Made by a program: the position numbers and the translations under genes. A DNA stretch of 36,399 bases from IMG/VR virus record IMGVR_UViG_3300025339_000010, positions 1-36,399 of that record, one strand, 5' to 3'. The notes beneath the pieces were generated by a model. That model was not told where the DNA came from, ran no database searches, and saw nothing but the letters and a program-made list of their open reading frames with translations. Below, in pieces: positions 19,366-29,059 of the stretch; the first letter of the stretch is position 1; each line of letters begins with the position of its first letter. This DNA is from a virus. Lineage: Duplodnaviria; Caudoviricetes.

Positions 19366-19787
19366 TTCGATTTGCTAATAAATACGACAATGAAAAGATA
19401 ATAGATTTAATAAAAGAATTTGCTAGTAAAATAGATACGCCATTAGCCAGCAATCCTTTAACATGGTCAAAAACACATTGCGAATCTATATTGACTATGA
19501 TTTATGCTGGATTGGGTTTTGTATTAATTGATGAGGAACAAACAGGAATATTAGTTGCAGTTAAATCTAAATATTTTTGGAATAACAATATTATTCAATT
19601 ACAAGAAGTTATGCTTCATGGTAAAACAAATATAGTTATAGCAAGATTAATTAAAGAATATATTAAAGTTAGTAAAGATATGCTTAATAAAGGTGAAATA
19701 AATCAAGCAGTTATAGCATCTTTTGTGGATGTAAATTTATCTAAATTAGGATTAAAACATTTGGAAAATAAGTGGGAAATTAAATAA
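19362..19787 (+). CDS. GNAT-fold-like protein in the tail tip module
   Basis: MIRFA...D...I..LI N-terminus, G.LVA....FW, C-terminal LG.K..E..W; acetyl-CoA motif A not obvious. Confidence 0.45.
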   Translation: MIRFANKYDNEKIIDLIKEFASKIDTPLASNPLTWSKTHCESILTMIYAGLGFVLIDEEQTGILVAVKSKYFWNNNIIQLQEVMLHGKTNIVIARLIKEYIKVSKDMLNKGEINQAVIASFVDVNLSKLGLKHLENKWEIK

Positions 19788-22700
19788 TGTCATTTGTAAT
19801 TGTTCCTGTATTAGCTCCTATTATTGGTGAACTTGCCGCCAATATTGTTGCATTTGCAATAAGTATGGTTGCATCATCAATCATATCTTCTATTTTTGCG
19901 CCTAAACAACCCGGACTTCCTAACCTTCCTAATCCCGGCAATCCACAACAAGTTCCGCCAGCCGGTAACAATCTTTTACCAGTTGTTTATGGTGAAGCGT
20001 ATGTAGGTGGCATTATTACTGATTTATCTATTACATCAGACAATCAAGATATTTATTGGGTATTAGCTTTATCTGAAGTAACCAATACCGAAACCGGTGG
20101 AACGCCAGATACCATAACTTTTGGTAATATTTATTGGGGCGGTAGAAAAGTTATATTTGGTGGAACTGCAACTCCAACAATTTCTTCTGTTGGAACTGTT
20201 ACTTCATGGTCATCATCCACACCAAATGAAATAACAATGTCAAGTTCAATTGCTACATCTTTACAAATTGGCGATATATTACAATTTGGACCAACAACAT
20301 CTTCTACTCGATATACTGTTTCTTTAGTCAATCAAATTGATGCGACAAATTATTTAATTGCTTTTACTGCAAGTTTAGTCGGTGTATCTGCTGGTAATAC
20401 TGTATATGAATATTATTTCCCATCTAATACTAATGCTTCTAATGTAACTGGATTATTAGATGAATCAACTGGTAATGTTCAAGATGTTACTGGTTATATG
20501 GACATTTATCTTTACAAAAATGGTTCAAATAATCCTGTAAATACAACTCAAAGTGCTATATCTGTGATGCAAGCATCTGGACTTGTTTATAAATGGGATG
20601 CTGGCAAACAAATGAGTAATTGTGCATTTGCTATTGTTCATCTTAAATATAATTCAAGTTTAAATTTAGTTGGGTTAGCACAAACTAGATTTCAACTTAC
20701 TAATTCAAGATCATCACCGGGAGATTGTTTCCTAGACTTTTTTACAAGCAAAAGATATGGTGCGGCATTGCCTGTATCTCAAGTTGATACCAATTCTTTA
20801 ATTGCTCTTAATGCTTACTCAAATCAAAGTTTTAGTTTTACTGGATTTGATACCTATACTTATACACAACCAAGATTTGTATTTAATGGAGTTCTTGATC
20901 CTTCAATTAAAATATTAGATAACCTTCAAAACATGGCGGCTTGTTGTGATTGTTTAGTTAGATACAATGAAATATTAGGTCTTTGGGGTGTTATTGTTCA
21001 AACACCAAGTTATTCAGTTGCTATGGATATTAATAATAGCAATATTATTTCATCTATTAGCGTTACACCAATTGATTTAACTAATACATTTAATGTAGCT
21101 CAATGCCAATATCCAGATGGATCAAATCAAAATTCATTTGCTTCAGTTACATTTAATTTAGCTACTATTGATCCTAGCTTATTATTTCCAAACGAACCAG
21201 TTAATCAACAAACTATTAATCTTTACTTTACTAACAATAATGTAACTGTTCAATATCTTGCTAATCGATTCTTAAAATCATGTCGAGAAGATTTACAAGT
21301 TCAAGTTGATGTTAATTTTGTAGGTATTCAATTAGAAGCTGGCGATATAGTTACTGTAACTAATGCCAATTATGGATGGGCGGCTAAATTATTTAGAGTA
21401 TCTAAAGTTGTTGAAAAATTTGGTGCTGATGGTGAAGTAACTGCAACTTTAAGTTTAATGGAATATAATCCAGCAGTTTATAATGATGTAAGCATTACTC
21501 AATTTACACCAGCTCCAAATTCTGGTCTTGGTAATCCATCTTCATTTAGTGCATTATCAGCACCAACAATTGTTTCATCTCAACCAACTGCGGTTAATCC
21601 TTCATTTGGTGTAAGCGTTACAACACCAACAACAGGCATTGTTCAATATGCTGAAATATGGTATTCAGCTTATCCAACGCCTACTGCAAGCCAATATATA
21701 TTTGCTGGCACAACTTCTATTCAACCGGCTGGAAATCCATTTACTGCTGGAGCGGCAATTCCTACAGTTACATTAACTGGTATTCCTTCTGGTAATTGGT
21801 ATTTCTTTAGTAGAATGGTAAATAGTCTTGCCAAGAGTGCATATAGCCCAGCTTCAACTATATTTAATTGGCGACCAACTACATTTCAATATACTCAAAA
21901 ATATTTATCTATAGCCTATGCTGATGATACATCTGGAACTAATTTTAGCTTACATCCAGTAGGCAGACTTTATTATGGACTTGCTAATCAAGCAACAAAT
22001 GTTCCTAGCACAACGCCATCTGATTACACTTGGTATTTAGCTAATCCTACTTTTGGAACTGGAACAGGCGGATTACCACTTAAATATGTAGCTTATATTA
22101 ATCGCACAGGAAGATTATTTAGCTTTACTACTGATTCTGCTGGTTATGCGGCTGGAACTGCTCAATTTGTGCCTACAACATCAAGTCTTTATGATTTTAC
22201 TTTATGGTCTGCATTACCTGATGGCGTAAATATTATTGACTTGGATCAAAAAACAGGACAAACCATTGCTACAGGCACAACATCAACTGGAGCTGGTGAA
22301 GTATCTGTTATTAATACTCAAGATGGTCAAGTAGTTGCGGCACTTCAACAATTCCTAGATTTTGGTGGTCCATCAACATTTACTGCTTCAACAGTAGCAT
22401 CTTTAACTATTGATGTTTATGGTCGAGTGGTAGGCTTTACTCAAATTGATGAGTTCTTTATGACTATTGCTCAATTTACTGCAACTGCAAGTCAAACAGT
22501 CTTTTCAGTTACAAGAGATGCAACTTATATTAAAGGTCAATGTTTAGTATTCCAAAATGGTATTTTATTGGAAACTTCAGATTACACCGATACAAATGGA
22601 TCAACTGGAACAGTTACTTTAGCAGTTGGTGTTCCGGTAGGAACTAATATTACTATTATTTCAATGAGAGCTATATCAAGCGCAATATTTTATGATAATA

Positions 22701-23377
22701 CTCATATTACTGTAGGATCAATTGCTTCTAATGTAGTTACTTGGAATACTGCTTCAATGCCTTATAACGCTATTAATATTGGCGATCAATTAGCATTTGC
22801 CAATACAGGAAGCCCAACCCTTTATACAGTTACAAACATTAATTATACAACTGCTCAAATAACATTTAGTTCTGCGGTAACTGGTGTTTCTGCTGGTGCG
22901 CCAATTTATACTTATAGAGCCGCATCATCAAGCTATCCAGTATTTACTCGATATAGTCAAACAGTAACTAACGCATCATCCTATACGCCTACTTTATGGA
23001 ACTTTGATTCTGGATATGAATTACCATTTATTAATGGTTCAGCTATGAACGCTTATGATTATAATTTAGCTGGCAATACTTATTATTCAACGCCTGATCT
23101 TATGAATGGAACTTTAGATATTATTCAATTTACTGGAAATAATGTAACTACACCTACAGGAAACTATACAAATGTGGTAGCATATACAGTTACAGGACAA
23201 TTGAGTTATACATTTACATCAATTGCCAACGCATTTAATTTATTTATGAATGGTGCTTTATTGGTAAATGGCACAGATTATACTTCAACAACTAGTAACT
23301 ATAATCTAACCAATTATCCAACTAATAACACAACAATTTTACAACAACAAACATTCGCTCGGTATGGAGCGGCATAA
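19787..23377 (+). CDS. Central tail tip / host-specificity protein (lambda J-like)
   Basis: LPVVYG, LEAGDIV.VT...YGW..K.FRV, EYNP.VY, FN3-like segments, fibre-type VDVYGRV-like motif; 1196 aa, Thr/Ser-rich. Confidence 0.85.
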   Translation: MSFVIVPVLAPIIGELAANIVAFAISMVASSIISSIFAPKQPGLPNLPNPGNPQQVPPAGNNLLPVVYGEAYVGGIITDLSITSDNQDIYWVLALSEVTNTETGGTPDTITFGNIYWGGRKVIFGGTATPTISSVGTVTSWSSSTPNEITMSSSIATSLQIGDILQFGPTTSSTRYTVSLVNQIDATNYLIAFTASLVGVSAGNTVYEYYFPSNTNASNVTGLLDESTGNVQDVTGYMDIYLYKNGSNNPVNTTQSAISVMQASGLVYKWDAGKQMSNCAFAIVHLKYNSSLNLVGLAQTRFQLTNSRSSPGDCFLDFFTSKRYGAALPVSQVDTNSLIALNAYSNQSFSFTGFDTYTYTQPRFVFNGVLDPSIKILDNLQNMAACCDCLVRYNEILGLWGVIVQTPSYSVAMDINNSNIISSISVTPIDLTNTFNVAQCQYPDGSNQNSFASVTFNLATIDPSLLFPNEPVNQQTINLYFTNNNVTVQYLANRFLKSCREDLQVQVDVNFVGIQLEAGDIVTVTNANYGWAAKLFRVSKVVEKFGADGEVTATLSLMEYNPAVYNDVSITQFTPAPNSGLGNPSSFSALSAPTIVSSQPTAVNPSFGVSVTTPTTGIVQYAEIWYSAYPTPTASQYIFAGTTSIQPAGNPFTAGAAIPTVTLTGIPSGNWYFFSRMVNSLAKSAYSPASTIFNWRPTTFQYTQKYLSIAYADDTSGTNFSLHPVGRLYYGLANQATNVPSTTPSDYTWYLANPTFGTGTGGLPLKYVAYINRTGRLFSFTTDSAGYAAGTAQFVPTTSSLYDFTLWSALPDGVNIIDLDQKTGQTIATGTTSTGAGEVSVINTQDGQVVAALQQFLDFGGPSTFTASTVASLTIDVYGRVVGFTQIDEFFMTIAQFTATASQTVFSVTRDATYIKGQCLVFQNGILLETSDYTDTNGSTGTVTLAVGVPVGTNITIISMRAISSAIFYDNTHITVGSIASNVVTWNTASMPYNAINIGDQLAFANTGSPTLYTVTNINYTTAQITFSSAVTGVSAGAPIYTYRAASSSYPVFTRYSQTVTNASSYTPTLWNFDSGYELPFINGSAMNAYDYNLAGNTYYSTPDLMNGTLDIIQFTGNNVTTPTGNYTNVVAYTVTGQLSYTFTSIANAFNLFMNGALLVNGTDYTSTTSNYNLTNYPTNNTTILQQQTFARYGAA

Positions 23378-23386
23378 GGGGAAAAG

Positions 23387-24181
23387 ATGTCAAATGCCTT
23401 TAATTTAAGTCAATTAGCTAATAATGTTAATTCATCAGGGCAAGTTGCTAATACTGGACTTCAAAATAATTCGGTTACAGTTTCGGCTGGAACAGGATTA
23501 TCTGGTGGCGGATCAGTAGCTTTAGGTGGCACAACTACTTTAACCAATGCTGGTGTTACTTCAATTGTAGCTGGTTCTAATGTAACTATATCAGGATCAA
23601 CTGGTGCAGTAACAGTTAATGCGGCGGCTGGTGGCTTTAGTAATATGCAGGTATTTACTTCACCAGGCACATTTACAACTCCATCTAGCACTACTAAAAT
23701 TAAAGTCACAGTTGTGGGTGGTGGTGGTGGCGGTTCGTCAGGATCTAGTCCTGGCATAAGTACCGTAGGTCAAGGAGGAACTGGAGGTGGCGGTGGCGGT
23801 GCAGCAATTTATGTGGGTCCTGTAGCGGCTTCTTCTCCTTTTGCAGTGACTGTGGGAGCAGCAGGTCCCACTAGTAGTGGTACAGGTGGTACTTCATCTT
23901 TTGCAGCTTTAGCTTCAGCAACTGGAGGGTCTAATGGCTCTGGAGGAGCAGGTAGTGCTGGAACTCTACAAATAAAAGGCAATGCTGGAGCATTAGGTGG
24001 CACAGGAACACCAGGATCACCAGGAACACCAGGTAATGGTGGGATTGGTGGGGGATCAATTTTTGGTGGTGGTGGAGCTACTTCATCAACAGGTGGTGCT
24101 TATGGTGGAGGCGGTGGAGGCACGCCTACTGGTGGTACTGGAGCTGCAGGCTTTGCAGGCGTTGTAATCGTAGAATATTAA
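23387..24181 (+). CDS. Glycine-rich tail fibre/adhesin
   Basis: V.AGTGLSGGG fibre repeat, then FT..GTFT.P.....KVTVVGGGGGG...G.AGVVIVEY polyglycine domain. Confidence 0.8.
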   Translation: MSNAFNLSQLANNVNSSGQVANTGLQNNSVTVSAGTGLSGGGSVALGGTTTLTNAGVTSIVAGSNVTISGSTGAVTVNAAAGGFSNMQVFTSPGTFTTPSSTTKIKVTVVGGGGGGSSGSSPGISTVGQGGTGGGGGGAAIYVGPVAASSPFAVTVGAAGPTSSGTGGTSSFAALASATGGSNGSGGAGSAGTLQIKGNAGALGGTGTPGSPGTPGNGGIGGGSIFGGGGATSSTGGAYGGGGGGTPTGGTGAAGFAGVVIVEY

Positions 24182-24201
24182 TTTAATAGAAGGAGACATA
24201 A

Positions 24202-24423
24202 ATGTCAAAACAAGCATTAATTAGCCCTAACGAGCCTAGAGAATCAGGTTATCGTGTGGCTCAAGTAGAACCAGATGGTCAAACATTTGAAGTGGGTGCA
24301 CCATTATTCTGGACATCATGTGCAGATGATGTAGTAGCAGATCAATTTTGGTATGATCCAAGCGATCAATTAATTAAACCATTTCCAATTGAGGTTACAG
24401 ATTCACCAGCAGAATTAACATAA
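24202..24423 (+). CDS. Small fibre-associated protein (chaperone-like)
   Basis: AAGGAG RBS; FEV..PLFW..C.DDV....FWYD; follows the fibre gene. Confidence 0.65.
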   Translation: MSKQALISPNEPRESGYRVAQVEPDGQTFEVGAPLFWTSCADDVVADQFWYDPSDQLIKPFPIEVTDSPAELT

Positions 24424-24432
24424 GGATAAGAT

Positions 24433-25578
24433 ATGAATACAATACAAGAGTTTCAAAATAAAGGCTATGTTCACTTAAAATCATTTTTGCCTGAACATAC
24501 TTGTAAAGAATTAACTGATGAATTAAATAGATTAGTTAAAGAACAAAAAACAGTTAATGATGAACAATGTCCTAAATCTCAAGCAGTGCATGGTGCTGAA
24601 GCTTTTGATAGATTATTGGAACATTGTTTACCTTATTTTGAACAAGCATCAGGCTTAAAACTTTATCCTACTTATTCTTATGCTCGCCTTTATAATCAAC
24701 AAGGTGAGGAATTAAAAAATCATAGAGATAGACCAGCTTGCGAAATATCAGCCACAATTACTTTAGGTTTTGAAGGTAATGTATGGTCTATTTACATGGG
24801 TGATGATGAAGCCAAAACAGTCAATGTAAATAAAATTGATATGGCTATTGGCGATGCAGTCATGTATCGAGGAATGGATAAATGGCATTGGCGCAAACCT
24901 TATTTTGAAGGACAATGGCAAGCTCAAGTATTCTTGCATTATGTGGATGCTAATGGACCGCATAAAGAATGGAAGTATGATAAGCGAGAATCATTAGGTA
25001 TTAATAAAACTGAACAAACTAATCAACAATTTGATGTAGCTTATGTAATTAAAAAAGGTGTTTCAAATAATTTTTGCGATAACTTAATTAAAGAATATTC
25101 CAAAGATGAAACTGAAAAAGAACAACCTTTTATTGGTGAAGGTCGAGATTTAAAAAAGAATATAAATCTTGATATTAGGAATGTGTTAAGAGTAATACTT
25201 CCACAAAATCAAGGTATAGGTGCAACACTTACTTCATGCGGATTAAATCTTAATCATCAATTTTGGCAATACAATATTACTCATTCAAATCAAACTGAAT
25301 TTTTAATGTATGATGTCAATGGTAAATATGAAGCCCATGTGGATACATTTCATCAATTAAGCAATGAAACAAGAAAATTAACTTGTTTAGCTATTCTTAA
25401 TGATGACTTTGAAGGTGGTAAGTTTTATATTATGAATAGCCATGAAAAGATATATCCGCCACAAGAAAAAGGCGATATTATTGTATTTCCATCATTTATG
25501 GTGCATGGTGTAGAACCAGTAACAAAGGGCAAAAGATTTACAGTAGTAACATGGTTAGTAGGTCCATATTTTAAATAA
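24433..25578 (+). CDS. Two-domain 2OG-Fe(II) oxygenase (prolyl-4-hydroxylase/PKHD-like)
   Basis: Domain 1: PTYSYARLY, HRDRP.CEIS, HWR. Domain 2: Y.AHVD, RKLT, FEGG.F, FPSF..HGVEPVT.G.R...VTW. Confidence 0.9.
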   Translation: MNTIQEFQNKGYVHLKSFLPEHTCKELTDELNRLVKEQKTVNDEQCPKSQAVHGAEAFDRLLEHCLPYFEQASGLKLYPTYSYARLYNQQGEELKNHRDRPACEISATITLGFEGNVWSIYMGDDEAKTVNVNKIDMAIGDAVMYRGMDKWHWRKPYFEGQWQAQVFLHYVDANGPHKEWKYDKRESLGINKTEQTNQQFDVAYVIKKGVSNNFCDNLIKEYSKDETEKEQPFIGEGRDLKKNINLDIRNVLRVILPQNQGIGATLTSCGLNLNHQFWQYNITHSNQTEFLMYDVNGKYEAHVDTFHQLSNETRKLTCLAILNDDFEGGKFYIMNSHEKIYPPQEKGDIIVFPSFMVHGVEPVTKGKRFTVVTWLVGPYFK

Positions 25579-25580
25579 TA

Positions 25581-25589
25581 TGGTAAAAT
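25581..25589 (+). promoter_or_regulatory. Possible extended -10 promoter (TGGTAAAAT) for the downstream fibre/glycosyltransferase operon
   Basis: TGn-TAAAAT in an 86-bp intergenic gap. Confidence 0.35.
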
Positions 25590-25664
25590 AATTCATCTAT
25601 AAGATAAGACCATTCGCATTGCGTCAGAGAGATGCTTGCGTCATTAACCTTGTAAGGAAAAATT

Positions 25665-26147
25665 ATGGCTATCTTCAATAAAAACACACTTCAACAAGTG
25701 TCTGGTTTTGATAATGAAATCATTGCTGGTGAACTTGTTTATAATCAAAAAACTTTTTGGAATTTAGCATTTGCATCTGCTGGCGCTCCAGTTGATTTAA
25801 CTGGCGTAACCATAGATGCACAAATTGTAAGACGAGCAGTAACTAACATTCAAGATACTCGTTATGGTCTTACATTTGATATTGCAGACTATTCTGATCC
25901 ACAACCTAGTCCAGTTTCACTTTCAATTACAAACCGAAATAATGCGGCTGGCACATTTACATTAGTCATTGATGAATCAGCTTGGGATGTTATTTCAAGC
26001 GATCCAGAACTTGATATTAATGCTCAAGACTGCGTAGGATTCTCTGGTCGAATTAAAATTAGTTTCCCAGCAACAGGATCAACACCAGCTCAAGATTCAA
26101 TTATCTTTTTACTATTCTTGGTTCGTTCTGATGGCGTGGTAAATTAA
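25665..26147 (+). CDS. Putative virion structural protein (Ig-like/BppU-like)
   Basis: AAGGA RBS; PVDLTG.TI.AQI.R...G.FTL.I pattern seen in baseplate/fibre attachment domains. Confidence 0.5.
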   Translation: MAIFNKNTLQQVSGFDNEIIAGELVYNQKTFWNLAFASAGAPVDLTGVTIDAQIVRRAVTNIQDTRYGLTFDIADYSDPQPSPVSLSITNRNNAAGTFTLVIDESAWDVISSDPELDINAQDCVGFSGRIKISFPATGSTPAQDSIIFLLFLVRSDGVVN

Positions 26148-26149
26148 TC

Positions 26150-29047
26150 ATGGCTACATTGTCGATTACACAAGGTGCTACGACAGACATAGCCGTAACT
26201 GTCAATCAAACTTCAGTTGATGTTATTCAAGGCAATAATATTAATGTTGAAGTTATCCCAAATCAAACTTTAGATGTAACTCTTGATCGTGGCTTATATG
26301 GTCCATCAGGATTTTCTGGCTATTCAGGCTATAGTGGTTATTCAGGTTTTGGCTTTTCTGGTTATAGCGGTCAATCAGGCTATTCTGGATATTCTGGCTA
26401 CTCCGGAAGTGGCGTTAGCGGATACTCTGGATATAGCGGTTCTGGTGTAAGTGGCTATTCTGGCTATTCTGGCATAAGCGGATATTCTGGCGCACAAGGC
26501 ACATCTGGCTTTAGCGGCATATCAGGTTTTAGCGGCATATCTGGATATTCAGGAATTAGCGGATATAGCGGATTTTCAGGAATAAGTGGCTATTCAGGAT
26601 ATAGTGGTTCAGGTGTATCTGGTTATAGTGGCTTTTCTGGAATTTCAGGTTATTCTGGTGATAGCGGCACATCTGGCTTTAGCGGTATTTCAGGATTTAG
26701 CGGTATTTCAGGATTTAGTGGTGATAGTGGCATAAGTGGTTGGTCTGGTATATCAGGATTTTCAGGATATAGTGGTATTTCAGGTTGGTCAGGATTTTCT
26801 GGTGAATCTGGTTACTCTGGTTTTTCAGGAATTTCAGGATTTTCTGGTGATTCAGGAATATCTGGTTGGTCAGGCATTAGCGGATATAGCGGATATAGCG
26901 GTGATAGCGGAATATCTGGCTATTCTGGTTTTTCTGGCTTTAGTGGTCAGCAAGGCACATCAATTAATATTATTGGCACAGTTGCAACTCCAGCAGATTT
27001 ACCATCAACAGGAAGTCAAAATGATGCATACATAGTTTCATCTAATGGTGATCTTTATGTATGGGAAGGTTCATCTTGGGTTAATGTAGGTCAAATTGTA
27101 GGACCATCAGGTGCAAGTGGTTTATCAGGTTTTAGCGGGTATTCAGGCATATCTGGATTTAGTGGATTTAGTGGCATATCTGGTTATAGTGGTATTGATG
27201 GTCAATCAGGCTTTAGTGGAATTAGTGGTTTTTCTGGAATATCTGGATATAGTGGATATTCAGGCATTAGTGGATTTTCTGGTGATTCAGGTATAAGTGG
27301 TTATAGCGGATATTCAGGCGCAATAGGCGCATCTGGTATTAGTGGATTTTCAGGATGGAGTGGTTATAGTGGACAAGTTGGCGCATCAGGCATTAGTGGC
27401 TATTCTGGTTATAGTGGCACAAACGGCACAAATGGTGCAAGCGGAATATCAGGATATAGTGGCTATTCAGGAAGTGGCATAAGCGGATATTCAGGTTACT
27501 CTGGATTTTCTGGTAGTGGCATATCAGGTTATAGTGGTTATTCAGGAATCAATGGTGCATCAGGTTATAGCGGTATAAGCGGATATAGTGGATTTTCTGG
27601 TAGCGGAGTTTCTGGCTATTCTGGTTACTCTGGCTTTTCAGGTTCAGGCATAAGTGGATACTCTGGTTATTCCGGTTCAGGTATATCTGGTTATAGTGGC
27701 TTTAGTGGAATTAGTGGTTATAGCGGATTTTCTGGTTCTGGTATTAGTGGTTATTCTGGTTACTCTGGTTCTGGTATTTCAGGCTATTCTGGTTACTCCG
27801 GTTCTGGCACATCTGGTTATAGCGGTTATAGTGGCGCACAAGGCACATCAGGTTATTCAGGATATTCTGGTGCAACTGGAGCTACTGGAGCTGGTGGAGC
27901 TTTAGGTTATTATGGTTCATTTTATGACACAACTAATCAAACTGCATCAAGCACAACAGTTGCTTATGTAGTCAATATTGGATCAACATTTGAAGATAAT
28001 GGCGTATCAATCACTTCAGGCAATAGAATTACTTTTGCTTATGCTGGAACATATAATATTCAATATTCAATTCAATTTGCTAATAGTGATGCTAATGGCG
28101 ATAATGTTGATGTATGGTTAAGAAAAAATGGATCAGATGTTGCTGATAGTAATTCAATATATAATGTGCCGGGAACTTCACATGGTGGTGCTGGAGCTTT
28201 AATTGCCGCAATAAATTATGTATTAACAGTTGCGGCTGGTGATTATTTACAATTAGTTTATGCAGTATCTTCAACAACAATATCAATTGCTACAACTTCA
28301 GCACAAACAGGACCAACTGTTCCTGTAACTCCTGGTGTTATTGTTACTGCTTCTCAAGTCATGTATGGTCAATCAGGATATAGTGGATATTCTGGTTATT
28401 CAGGTATATCAGGCTATTCTGGCATATCAGGTTATAGTGGCTCTGGCATTAGCGGTTATTCTGGATATAGCGGATCAGGCGTGTCAGGATATTCTGGTTA
28501 TTCTGGTGCGGTAGGTGCATCTGGCATATCTGGCTATAGCGGATATTCTGGCGCAGTAGGAACATCAGGTTATTCTGGATATAGTGGAAGTGGTATTAGT
28601 GGTTATTCAGGTTACTCTGGTTCAGGAATTAGCGGATATAGTGGTTACTCTGGTGCAGTAGGAACATCCGGCTATAGTGGCTATTCAGGAATTTCAGGCA
28701 CGAATGGCACAAATGGTGCATCAGGTATATCTGGTTATTCTGGTTATTCCGGCTCTGGTATAAGTGGATATTCAGGCTATTCAGGATCAGGAATTTCAGG
28801 CTATTCTGGATACTCTGGTTATAGTGGAACTGCGGCTAAAGTAATGACTTATGATTCATTTACTTCAACTGCTTCTCAAACAACATTTTCAACATCTTTA
28901 AGTTATACTTCTGGTAATATAGAAGTATTTTTACAAGGTGTAAGAATGTTAAATGGAACTGATGTTACAGTTACATCAGGAACTTCAATTGTATTTGCAG
29001 TTGCATTATCGGCTGGACAATCAGTAACGGCAGTATATCCACATTAA
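26150..29047 (+). CDS. Collagen-like fibre protein with (Gly-X-Ser)n repeats and an internal C1q/BclA-like domain
   Basis: Hundreds of residues of SGY/SGF/SGI triplets in three blocks; insert DLP......DAYIV...LYVW; YGSFYD.T.Q...ITF..AGTYNIQYSIQF domain; C-terminal ASQTTF....Y..G.IEVFL.GV. Confidence 0.85.
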   Translation: MATLSITQGATTDIAVTVNQTSVDVIQGNNINVEVIPNQTLDVTLDRGLYGPSGFSGYSGYSGYSGFGFSGYSGQSGYSGYSGYSGSGVSGYSGYSGSGVSGYSGYSGISGYSGAQGTSGFSGISGFSGISGYSGISGYSGFSGISGYSGYSGSGVSGYSGFSGISGYSGDSGTSGFSGISGFSGISGFSGDSGISGWSGISGFSGYSGISGWSGFSGESGYSGFSGISGFSGDSGISGWSGISGYSGYSGDSGISGYSGFSGFSGQQGTSINIIGTVATPADLPSTGSQNDAYIVSSNGDLYVWEGSSWVNVGQIVGPSGASGLSGFSGYSGISGFSGFSGISGYSGIDGQSGFSGISGFSGISGYSGYSGISGFSGDSGISGYSGYSGAIGASGISGFSGWSGYSGQVGASGISGYSGYSGTNGTNGASGISGYSGYSGSGISGYSGYSGFSGSGISGYSGYSGINGASGYSGISGYSGFSGSGVSGYSGYSGFSGSGISGYSGYSGSGISGYSGFSGISGYSGFSGSGISGYSGYSGSGISGYSGYSGSGTSGYSGYSGAQGTSGYSGYSGATGATGAGGALGYYGSFYDTTNQTASSTTVAYVVNIGSTFEDNGVSITSGNRITFAYAGTYNIQYSIQFANSDANGDNVDVWLRKNGSDVADSNSIYNVPGTSHGGAGALIAAINYVLTVAAGDYLQLVYAVSSTTISIATTSAQTGPTVPVTPGVIVTASQVMYGQSGYSGYSGYSGISGYSGISGYSGSGISGYSGYSGSGVSGYSGYSGAVGASGISGYSGYSGAVGTSGYSGYSGSGISGYSGYSGSGISGYSGYSGAVGTSGYSGYSGISGTNGTNGASGISGYSGYSGSGISGYSGYSGSGISGYSGYSGYSGTAAKVMTYDSFTSTASQTTFSTSLSYTSGNIEVFLQGVRMLNGTDVTVTSGTSIVFAVALSAGQSVTAVYPH
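26300..28830 (+). repeat. Coding 9-bp-period repeats (Ser-Gly-Tyr/Phe/Ile) in three blocks (~26300-26950, ~27105-27870, ~28370-28830)
   Basis: Directly visible, e.g. TCTGGCTAT/AGCGGATAT/TCAGGTTAT; synonymous codons heavily mixed. Confidence 0.95.
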
Positions 29048-29059
29048 TAAAGGATAAGA

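Noticed and set aside
23461-24003. Pro-rich - strand ORFs
   Set aside because: Antisense shadows of GGN-rich codons.
26736-28286. Alternative-frame ORFs 26736..27035, 27111..27296, 27654..27905 and 28092..28286
   Set aside because: Shadows of the repetitive coding frame; no independent support.
26300-28830. CRISPR array or non-coding tandem repeat
   Set aside because: 9-bp coding periodicity with synonymous variation inside an ORF; no repeat-spacer structure.
26150-29047. Ice-nucleation protein
   Set aside because: InaZ-type repeats are 8/16-residue AGYGSTxT units; here the period is 3 and TxT motifs are lacking.
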